Assembly (NCBI GenBank): GCA_963798085.1 | Contig: CAWCRS010000007.1 | Span: 544,001-608,000, forward strand | Direction: 5' to 3' | Source of the DNA: an uncultured Gemmatimonadales bacterium | Lineage (GTDB): Bacteria; Gemmatimonadota; Gemmatimonadetes; Longimicrobiales; RSA9 | DNA length: 64,000 bases | Shown: positions 41,090 through 49,210 of the stretch, piece after piece | Numbering within the stretch: position 1 is the stretch's first letter | Layout of the letters: each line of letters begins with the position of its first letter | Notes under the pieces: generated by a model | Database searches by the model: none | Told to the model about the DNA's origin: nothing | The model's input: the letters and a program-made list of their open reading frames with translations, nothing else | Translations under genes and position numbers: made by a program

Positions 41090-42205
41090 ATGGCCATGCT
41101 TGCACGTCACGGCAGCAGTGTGGATCCCGATCCTGTCGCTGCCGTCGCTGAGCTTGCGCGGCAGGTCGGCACCACGGATCTGGACGCGCTGCTTTTCTTC
41201 TGCTCACCCGCGTATGACCTCAATGTGCTCGGTCGCGAGATTCAGCGTGTGTTCCACTGTCCGGCGACGGGTTGCACCTCTTCCGGCCAGCTGGGGCCGT
41301 GGGGCTTCCAGCGCGAGGGCTTGTGCGGCGTCACGCTGAGCGGTGGCGGCGTGCACCTGGAGCCGTATCTGATCCAGCCGCTTTCACGCTGTCAGGCCGA
41401 GGCCTCGCGCATCGCGGACATGGTGCACCTCACCTTCGAGACCTCGGCCGCGGCCGGTCATGTCTTCGGGCTGCTGCTGGTGGATGGTCTCTCGCTGATG
41501 GAAGAGCGGCTGGCCGCCGCGCTGTACCAGGCACTGGGCAATGTACCCATTGTGGGTGGCTCGGCCGGCAATGACCTGCATTTCGCAGAGACCCACGTGT
41601 ACCACTGCGGCCGCTTCCACGGCGATGCGGCGGTGTTCTCTGTCTTCGAGTCGAGCCTTCCTTTCGCCACGTTCAAGCTGCAGCACTTCGTCCCCACCGG
41701 CGTGAAGCTGGTGATCACGGATGCGTTGCCGGAAGAGCGGAAGATCCTCGAAATCAACGGCGAGCCGGCGGCGCTGGTCTATGCGGAAACAATCGGTGTG
41801 CCGGTCGAGCTGCTGAATCTCAACATCTTCTCGCGTCATCCGCTCATGCTGCGCATCGGGGACGACTACTACATCCGCTCCATGACGCAGGTGAATCCGG
41901 ATCTGTCCCTCTCCCTCATCTGCGCCATCGAGGAGGGACTCGTGGTGTCCATCGGCGAGAGTGTGGATGCACTCGCCACGCTGAAGGCGGCCTTCGACCA
42001 GGTTCGCGGCAAGGTGCCCGATCCCGCGCTCGTGATCGGCTGTGACTGCATTCTGCGCCGGCTCGAGCTGGAGCAGCTGGGACAGGACACGCGCATTGGC
42101 GAGTTCCTGGCGGACAACCGCGTCATTGGTTTCTCGACCTATGGCGAGCAGTTCAACGGCGTGCACGTGAACCAGACCTTCACCGGCATTGCCATCGGAG
42201 GCTGA
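41090..42205 (+). CDS. nosP: FIST-domain sensory protein (NosP-like)
   Basis: GCTSSG, LVDGLS..EE, GGSAGND, CDCILRRLE, GFSTYGEQFNGVHVNQTFTG; directly upstream of a kinase. FIST call firm, NosP orthology inferred. Confidence 0.85.
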   Translation: MAMLARHGSSVDPDPVAAVAELARQVGTTDLDALLFFCSPAYDLNVLGREIQRVFHCPATGCTSSGQLGPWGFQREGLCGVTLSGGGVHLEPYLIQPLSRCQAEASRIADMVHLTFETSAAAGHVFGLLLVDGLSLMEERLAAALYQALGNVPIVGGSAGNDLHFAETHVYHCGRFHGDAAVFSVFESSLPFATFKLQHFVPTGVKLVITDALPEERKILEINGEPAALVYAETIGVPVELLNLNIFSRHPLMLRIGDDYYIRSMTQVNPDLSLSLICAIEEGLVVSIGESVDALATLKAAFDQVRGKVPDPALVIGCDCILRRLELEQLGQDTRIGEFLADNRVIGFSTYGEQFNGVHVNQTFTGIAIGG

Positions 42206-42206
42206 A

Positions 42207-43364
42207 GTGGCAGACACCGTCGGCTGCGCGGGCGACGCCCGGACCCTGCTGCCGCAGGCAGAATGCCCCGACGTGGACGTCGGTTCGATGGACCCGACTG
42301 TGCTCACGGCCAGCCTGGCCGAACTGGGGCGCAAGCTGCGCGCCCGTGACAAGACAGTGGCCGCACTGATGCGCCGTCTCGAGGACCAGGCCGTCAACCA
42401 GGGGTCGGCGTTCGCCGTGCTGGAGCAGAACATTGGTCTGGAGCAGGTCGTCAGCCGCAAGACACGCGAGCTGGAGAATGAGCGGCAGGAGCTGAAGAAG
42501 GCGCTGGCCGAGCTGCGTGCCACGCAGGTCCGTCTGCTGCAGGCACAGAAGCTGGAAGCGATCGGCCAGCTGGCGGCGGGCGTGGCCCACGAGATCAATA
42601 CGCCCACCCAGTACGTGTCTGATAATGCGGTGTTCGTGAAACGCGCGTTCGCATCGCTGCTGGAAATACTGGATCGCGCTTTGGAAGTCGTGCAGGCCGC
42701 GCGGGAGGCGGGTCTGCTGACGGCGCTGGTCGGTGCGGCGGACGGCGCCATGGCCAGGGGCCGCCTCGACTACCTGCGGGAGCAGGTGCCCGCCGCACTC
42801 GAGCAGTCACAGGATGGGCTCACCCGCATCGCCACCATCGTCGGCGCCATGAAGCAGCTGTCGCATCCCTCGACCGCGGACAAGGAACCGGTCGAGCTGT
42901 CCGAGCTGATCCGCAGCTCCGCGACCGTGGCGCGCAACGAATGGAAGTACGTGGCCGAGCTGGAGACGGAGTTCGATCCCGCGCTGCCGCCAGTGTCCTG
43001 CCTGCGCAACGAAATCGGGCAGGTCGTGCTCAACCTGATCGTCAACAGCGCGCACGCGGTGGCGGAAGCGCGCAGCGGCGACGCCGCGGGCAAGGGACTG
43101 ATCCGCATCACGACACGGCGCCTGGGCGATCATGCGCAGATCACGGTACAGGACGACGGCGCCGGCATCCCGGAGGCCATTCGCGGTCGCGTGTTCGATC
43201 CGTTCTTCACCACGAAACCGGTGGGCAAGGGCACGGGCCAGGGACTGGCCATCGCCTACTCGACAGTGGTGGAGAAACACGGTGGTCAGATCTGGTTCGA
43301 GAGCGAGTTGGGACGCGGCACCACGTTCTTCGTGCAGCTGCCGCTCATCGAGGCGGAGGAATAG
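42207..43364 (+). CDS. Soluble sensor histidine kinase
   Basis: AHEINTP H box, LNLIVNSAHA N box, DDGAGI, FDPFFTTK, GTGQGL; N-terminal coiled coil, no TM; GTG after GGAGG. Confidence 0.93.
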   Translation: MADTVGCAGDARTLLPQAECPDVDVGSMDPTVLTASLAELGRKLRARDKTVAALMRRLEDQAVNQGSAFAVLEQNIGLEQVVSRKTRELENERQELKKALAELRATQVRLLQAQKLEAIGQLAAGVAHEINTPTQYVSDNAVFVKRAFASLLEILDRALEVVQAAREAGLLTALVGAADGAMARGRLDYLREQVPAALEQSQDGLTRIATIVGAMKQLSHPSTADKEPVELSELIRSSATVARNEWKYVAELETEFDPALPPVSCLRNEIGQVVLNLIVNSAHAVAEARSGDAAGKGLIRITTRRLGDHAQITVQDDGAGIPEAIRGRVFDPFFTTKPVGKGTGQGLAIAYSTVVEKHGGQIWFESELGRGTTFFVQLPLIEAEE

Positions 43365-43366
43365 CG

Positions 43367-44467
43367 ATGCGCGTCCTCTTCGTGGATGACGAACCGCGCG
43401 TGCTGGACGGCCTCGGCCGCATGCTGTTCGGACTGGACCGGGAATGGGAAACACGCTTCGCGACCAGCGCTACGGAAGCCATGGCGCTGCTGGCGGAATG
43501 GAGTGCGGACGTGGTCGTCTGCGACATGCGCATGCCCGGCATGGATGGCGCCGGCCTGCTGCGCCACGTGCAGGCGAGGCATCCCGGCGCCATGCGCATT
43601 CTGCTCTCCAGTCACACGGATCAGGAGGCCGCCTTCCGTGCGCTCGGCCTGGCGCACCAGTTCCTGTCCAAGCCCTGTGCCGGACAGGTGCTGGTCGACG
43701 CCATCGAGCGGTTCGAATGTCTGCAGCGCATGCTGCAGAGCGCGCCCCTGCAGCGTCTGATCGGCCGCGTGGACCGTCTGCCCCCGGCGCCCCGGATCTG
43801 CCTCGAGCTGTGGCGCACGCTCTCCGACAACGCGCAGGGCACGGCGGACGCGGCGGCCATCATCGGCAAGGACCCCGCGCTGGCGCTGCGCGTCCTGCAC
43901 CTGGCTAACTCTGCGTTAATGTGGCGCGGCTCGCCCATCGAGGACATCCGCTCGGCCGTGGCGCGCATCGGCGTGGATTCGCTGCGCACCCTGGTGCTGG
44001 CCAGCGAGGCGCTGGGCGGTTACGGCGGCAGCATGGCCGAGGCGTTGCAGCAGCGCGCGCTGCGCGCGTCGCTCTTCGCGCGGCGCCTGGCGCCATCGCG
44101 CGTGGCGGGCGAGATCGCGGCTACGGCCGCGCTGCTCGCGGATGTGGCGCTGCTGGTGCCCGGTGTGCCGGTACTGTGCGAGGAGGCGAGGGCGGCAGGT
44201 GCGGAGATCACGCACGCGGAAGTGAGCGCCTACCTGCTCGGACTCTGGGGCCTGCCTTCGCCCATTGTCGAAGCCGTGGCGCACCATCACGCGCCGGGTC
44301 GCGTGCCCCAGCACGAGTTCGGGCCCATCGCCATGGTGCACGTGGCCGTGTCACTGGCCGCCGGCGCAGCGCCTGATGCCGCGTTCCTGACACAGCTCGG
44401 TATGGCCGACCGTATCCCCGTCTTCGAGAGCCAGTTCTGCGACATGTGCGGAGAGTCCGATGGCTGA
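43367..44467 (+). CDS. Response regulator with HDOD output domain
   Basis: VLFVDDE, CDMRMPGMDG, FLSKP; then DPALALRVLHLANS and LWGLP..IVEAVAHHH. Confidence 0.9.
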   Translation: MRVLFVDDEPRVLDGLGRMLFGLDREWETRFATSATEAMALLAEWSADVVVCDMRMPGMDGAGLLRHVQARHPGAMRILLSSHTDQEAAFRALGLAHQFLSKPCAGQVLVDAIERFECLQRMLQSAPLQRLIGRVDRLPPAPRICLELWRTLSDNAQGTADAAAIIGKDPALALRVLHLANSALMWRGSPIEDIRSAVARIGVDSLRTLVLASEALGGYGGSMAEALQQRALRASLFARRLAPSRVAGEIAATAALLADVALLVPGVPVLCEEARAAGAEITHAEVSAYLLGLWGLPSPIVEAVAHHHAPGRVPQHEFGPIAMVHVAVSLAAGAAPDAAFLTQLGMADRIPVFESQFCDMCGESDG

Positions 44468-45590
44468 CGGCGTGCGCATCCTCTGCGTCGATGACGAGCC
44501 CAACGTGCTGGCGGCGCTGGAACGCACGCTGCACGACCGCTTTGCCGTGGTGACCGCGCCCAGCGGCGAGAAGGGTCTCGAGCTGATGGAGGCGAACGGT
44601 CCGTTCACGGTCGTGGTTTCGGACATGCGCATGCCCGGTATGGACGGCGCATCGTTCCTGGCGCGGGCGAGGGGCCGCTTTCCCGATACTGTCCGGGTGC
44701 TGCTCACCGGACACGCCAATGTGCCGGCCGCCGTTGCGGCCATCAACGATGGCGGAGTGTTCCGTTTCCTGACCAAGCCGTGTCCGCCTGATGTGCTGCT
44801 GGAAACACTGGAGCAGGCCGTGGCGAAGCACTGGTTCGCGCAGGCGGAGCGCGAGCTGCTGGAGACCACGCTGCGCGGCACCATCCACATGCTCACGCAG
44901 ATCCTGGCCGTGGCCTCGCCCTGGGCGTTCCACCGCGCCGCCTTCGCCGAGGCCTGCGTGCGCCACGCCCTGCGCACGCTGCGCTGGCGAGAGGCGTGGA
45001 TGTACGAGGCGGCGGCCTCGCTGAGTCAGATCGGCTGGGTGGGCCTGCCGCAGGACCTGGTGCTGGCGCGCGGCGATGAAGCCCTGCCCGCGCGTGATGC
45101 GGCGCTGCTGGCGAGCCATGCCGAGATCGCGTGGCGTCTGCTCGCGCCGATTCCGCGACTGGATCGCGTCGCCGAAATCGTGCGTTATCAGAATGCGCCG
45201 CCGCCCGCAAAGGCATCATCGGACGTGACCCGTGGCGCAGAGCTGCTGCGCGCCGCGCTGGCAATGGAGGACGCGTTCGTCAAGAACATGCCCGCCGCGA
45301 GCATCAACGAACACCTGCGCCGGCTGCGCCCGCTGCCGAGCGACGCCGTGATTGCGGCCATGGACGGCTTCCGCGCCGAATTCAGTGAGCTGCGCGCCGC
45401 CTCGGTGCGCGATCTCGTTGCCGGCTGGGTGCTGGACGAAGATGTGCGCACGCGCGGCGGCCTGCTGCTGCTGCCGCGCGGCCAGGAGCTGACGGAGCCC
45501 GCCATCCTCTCGCTGCGCCGCATGCGCCAGCGCGACGCGATCGTCGAGCCGATCCGCGTCCGCCTGCGCGCCCGCCCGCCCGCGAACTGA
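44460..45590 (+). CDS. Response regulator with degenerate HD-type output domain
   Basis: ILCVDDE, SDMRMPGMDG, FLTKP; AASLSQIG where HDIG is expected; IPRLDRVAEIVRYQ. Confidence 0.85.
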   Translation: MADGVRILCVDDEPNVLAALERTLHDRFAVVTAPSGEKGLELMEANGPFTVVVSDMRMPGMDGASFLARARGRFPDTVRVLLTGHANVPAAVAAINDGGVFRFLTKPCPPDVLLETLEQAVAKHWFAQAERELLETTLRGTIHMLTQILAVASPWAFHRAAFAEACVRHALRTLRWREAWMYEAAASLSQIGWVGLPQDLVLARGDEALPARDAALLASHAEIAWRLLAPIPRLDRVAEIVRYQNAPPPAKASSDVTRGAELLRAALAMEDAFVKNMPAASINEHLRRLRPLPSDAVIAAMDGFRAEFSELRAASVRDLVAGWVLDEDVRTRGGLLLLPRGQELTEPAILSLRRMRQRDAIVEPIRVRLRARPPAN

Positions 45591-45805
45591 ACCGCGCCGG
45601 CCGGGCGCCGCGGACCCCGACTCGCGCGTCCGGCCGCAATGTAGTATCTCTCGACCCTGTCCCACGCAGTTGGCGGGAGCGGGTCATGGTTCAGTCCGCA
45701 ACGGTTTCGTGCCGCCGGGGCCTCCCTGAAGGCCTCGTCCCATCGCGCCGCATCCTGCTCCCCACGCCGTCACACTTGCCACCCGCAAATCCTGGGAGTT
45801 CTGCA

Positions 45806-47920
45806 ATGCGCAAGCGATCTGCTGTTGTGCTGCTGCTTCTGTCGGGCGTGCTGTTCACACCGGCGTTGGCCCGCGCGCAGGCGAGAGGCAACACGGGCGT
45901 CGCGACGGCCGGTCCGCCGCCGCGCGCGATCCGCCGCGACATTCCAATGACCGACATGATCCGGCGCGCCTTCGCGGCCGGCACGCGCGATTCCACCGGA
46001 CGGCCCGGACCGAACTACTGGCAGCTCTGGATGGACTACACGATCGACGCGAAGCTGGACCCATCCACATCGACCGTATCCGGCCACGAGACTGCGATCA
46101 TTCACAACAACAGCCCGCACGAGATGAACGCGATCGTGCTGCGGCTCGACCAGAACATCTTCTCACCCAATGTGCCGCGCGCGGAAACCGTCACCGAGAT
46201 CACCGATGGCATGCAGGTCACGCGTCTTGCCGTCGACGATGAACTCATCGAGCTGCATCCTCTCGCCAGCGAGCTGGGCCGCGGCGGCAGAGGTGGCCGC
46301 GGGGGTCGTGGCGGGGCGCCGCTCGAGCATCCCATAGTCACGGGACTCGATCAGACGGTGGCGCGCATTCAGCTGGCAAAGCCCATCGAAGCGGGTGGCA
46401 CAGCGAAGCTGGAAGCGGAGTGGAACTTCCGTGTTCCGCGTGCCGACAACGTGCGCGGCCTGCGCATGGGCCGCTGGGCGGACAGCCTGTACCAGGTGGC
46501 GCAGTGGTATCCGCGTGTTACCGTGTTCGATGATCTGCGCCAGGGCGGCTGGGATACCGATCCGTATCTTGGCCCCTCCGAGTTCTACAACAACTTCGGC
46601 CACTTCGACGTGCACATCGACGTGCCCGCCGGCTGGATCGTGGGCGCGACGGGCGTGCTGCAGAATCCTGAAGATGTGCTGACCCGCACGGCGCGCGAGC
46701 GGCTGGCACACGTGCTGGATTCGGATTCCGTGCGCAGCATCGTGAGCGCCGATGAGCGCGGGCCGGGCAGGTCTACGGCAGCAGGCGACCGGCTTGTCTG
46801 GCACTTCGTCGCGGATACCGCCGGCGATGTCGCGTGGGCCACGTCGAATCAGTTCGTGTGGGATGCCACCCGCGCCACCATCCCCGGCAAGGGCCCGATC
46901 CCCGTCAACATCCTCTATCTGCCCGGACACGCGCAGCAGTACGCGCAAGGCGGTCCCATTGCCAGCCACGCGCTCGAGTTCTACTCGAAGCTGTGGATGC
47001 CGTACGCGTTCCCGCTGCTCACCGTCGTGGATGGCCCCGAAGGCGGCATGGAATACCCGATGTTCATCATGTCCAGCGCGGGCGCGTCCGACCACGAGAC
47101 CGGACACCAGTGGTGGCCCATGATGGTGGGCGTCAACGAAACCTGGTACGGCTTCATGGATGAAGGCTTCAACCAGTACATGAACGTACTGTCGCGGCAG
47201 GATCGCCAGCACCAGCCGTTCGATGTCGACGGCTACGGCCAGAGCTACGGCCGCAGCAGTGGCGACGAGCGTGAAGCGCCGCTCATGTGGGATGCGAATT
47301 ACGGCGGTCCCATGTATTCGTTTCAGGCGTACTCGAAGGCGCCCATGATGCTCTCGATGCTGGGTGGCGTGGTGGGCGACAGCGCGGTGTGGCACGCCAT
47401 GAGCGCGTACGCGAAGGCGTGGCGCTTCAAGCACCCCTCACCCTGGGACTACGCCTTCTTCATGTCCAACGCGCTGCACCGCGACCTGGGCTGGTTCTGG
47501 TACTACTGGCTGTTCACCACCGATGCGCCGGACGGCTCGATCGCGAATGTCAGCACCACGGGAACGCGCACGACTGTAACCGTGCGTCAGGACGGGCAGA
47601 TGCCATCGCCGGTGGTGCTGGGTGTAAAGTTCGCGCCCCAGGGGCCAGCCATCCATGCCATGCCTAACAGCGTGGTAACCGACAGCACGGCCGTGGTGAC
47701 CTGGCCCGTGGATGTGTGGTTCAACGGCAGCCGCACCTTCAACGCGGTCCTGGACTTCGGTGGCCGGAAGATCGATCGGATCACACTCGATCCGCACTGC
47801 CGCTTCCCGGACAACGATGTGAGTGACAACTACTGGCCACGCAGCGCCGCGCCGCCGCCGCCGCAGGGCCGCGGCTTTGGTGGCGGCGGCGGCCGTGGTG
47901 GCTCGCTCTGTCCGGGCTGA
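45806..47920 (+). CDS. Secreted M1 family aminopeptidase
   Basis: GGMEYP, HETGH zinc motif, MDEGF, AYSK, WRFKHP; signal peptide. Confidence 0.92.
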   Translation: MRKRSAVVLLLLSGVLFTPALARAQARGNTGVATAGPPPRAIRRDIPMTDMIRRAFAAGTRDSTGRPGPNYWQLWMDYTIDAKLDPSTSTVSGHETAIIHNNSPHEMNAIVLRLDQNIFSPNVPRAETVTEITDGMQVTRLAVDDELIELHPLASELGRGGRGGRGGRGGAPLEHPIVTGLDQTVARIQLAKPIEAGGTAKLEAEWNFRVPRADNVRGLRMGRWADSLYQVAQWYPRVTVFDDLRQGGWDTDPYLGPSEFYNNFGHFDVHIDVPAGWIVGATGVLQNPEDVLTRTARERLAHVLDSDSVRSIVSADERGPGRSTAAGDRLVWHFVADTAGDVAWATSNQFVWDATRATIPGKGPIPVNILYLPGHAQQYAQGGPIASHALEFYSKLWMPYAFPLLTVVDGPEGGMEYPMFIMSSAGASDHETGHQWWPMMVGVNETWYGFMDEGFNQYMNVLSRQDRQHQPFDVDGYGQSYGRSSGDEREAPLMWDANYGGPMYSFQAYSKAPMMLSMLGGVVGDSAVWHAMSAYAKAWRFKHPSPWDYAFFMSNALHRDLGWFWYYWLFTTDAPDGSIANVSTTGTRTTVTVRQDGQMPSPVVLGVKFAPQGPAIHAMPNSVVTDSTAVVTWPVDVWFNGSRTFNAVLDFGGRKIDRITLDPHCRFPDNDVSDNYWPRSAAPPPPQGRGFGGGGGRGGSLCPG

Positions 47921-47941
47921 GTCGTCGCTGGCATGAATGGA

Positions 47942-47976
47942 GGGTCGCGGGCGCCTCACACGAACGCCCGCGGCCC
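47942..47976. terminator. Hairpin between convergent genes
   Basis: GGGTCGCGGGCG / CGCCCGCGGCCC stem; no clear U tract. Confidence 0.35.
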
Positions 47977-47986
47977 GCGCCCGCGA

Positions 47987-49102
47987 TCAGGGCTCGAAGA
48001 AGCGATAGTAGACGTCCTGCGAGCCCTCCGCACCGAACACCCAGACGGCCAGGTACACGCCATTCGTGCTGGTAAGCACGAGTTTGTGCGAGTAGCCGTC
48101 ACCCACCGCGCCAATGCGTGAAACACCCAGCGGGTAGACCTGCGCGGATGCGGCCGGAATCTGATACACGCGCGGGTTGGGGCCTTCGCGCGTGGACAGC
48201 CAGCTGATCATCCAGTTGCCGGTTTCCCGCTGATACAGGCTGGGAAACAGATTCACAATGTTGCCGGCATCCCTCGTGACCCGCACCGGCTCCGTCCACG
48301 TGAGCCCATTGCTGGACGTGGCGTAGTACACATCCGACTTGTGGTTCAACCAGGGCAGCGCTTCCGTCGTGTCGTGCCGTACCCAGACCAGCGCAATGTG
48401 ATCGTCGATGCGCGCGGCGTAGGGCAGGTGGTCGTTCATGACCGGATCGTTCAGGCCGGCCACGGGCACGGGCGAGGTCCAGTTCTCCTGCCCGGGCGGG
48501 CGGCGCGCGACGTAAAGGTCTGTTATCGTGTGCGCGGGCGTGCGCAATGCGCTGGCGAAGTAGATGAGCAGCGCGCCATCGGGCGCCTGCGCGATGGTCG
48601 GCACCCAGTCGTCGACATCGGCCGCCGACGTCACCTGCACTTCATTGGCCGGATCCCACGTGATGCCGTCGGCCGAGTGGTTGTACATGATGTGCCCGCG
48701 GAAGGGTGCGCTCCAGCGGAACCACGTCAGGTGGAAGGTGCCGTCGTCGCTTTGAATCAGATGCCGATTGAACTCGCCATCCTGACTGTGGCTCACCCGC
48801 ACCGGCGCCTGCCACGCGGTGGCCCGCCGGATGCGCGTTACGTAGATGTCGCCGCTGCCCGTGCGGTCGGAGAACCACGCGACGAAGATCGTTCCGTCTT
48901 TCGCGCGCACCACCGACGGGTCTTCGTCCTTGCCCGGATTGTCCACGGACAGGATCGCCGGCGTGGTGGGCGCGAACGCGTGATCGCCGCCATCGCCTGT
49001 GGCGTCGCCATTACAGCCGACACTGGCGAGCAGCAGAATGAGCGCTGGGATGGCGACTGCGGCATGATGAGTGGTGCTGCGCACCTGCCAGACTGGACGC
49101 AT
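47987..49102 (-). CDS. BNR/sialidase-like beta-propeller lipoprotein
   Basis: Lipobox-like SVGC, Asp boxes SADGITW and SSNGLTW, repeated D..P.(I/V) and DIY/DLY/DVY units; AGGAGG RBS. Confidence 0.75.
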   Translation of the reverse strand: MRPVWQVRSTTHHAAVAIPALILLLASVGCNGDATGDGGDHAFAPTTPAILSVDNPGKDEDPSVVRAKDGTIFVAWFSDRTGSGDIYVTRIRRATAWQAPVRVSHSQDGEFNRHLIQSDDGTFHLTWFRWSAPFRGHIMYNHSADGITWDPANEVQVTSAADVDDWVPTIAQAPDGALLIYFASALRTPAHTITDLYVARRPPGQENWTSPVPVAGLNDPVMNDHLPYAARIDDHIALVWVRHDTTEALPWLNHKSDVYYATSSNGLTWTEPVRVTRDAGNIVNLFPSLYQRETGNWMISWLSTREGPNPRVYQIPAASAQVYPLGVSRIGAVGDGYSHKLVLTSTNGVYLAVWVFGAEGSQDVYYRFFEP

Positions 49103-49210
49103 CACGGCCTCCTCGCTGGACGGGATGCGGCTGCTACACCGGGTTGCAGGCGGCAAGGGCGGCGCGCGGCCGGATGGGTGCCGGCGGCTGTCACGGCAAC
49201 TGCGCGTCCG

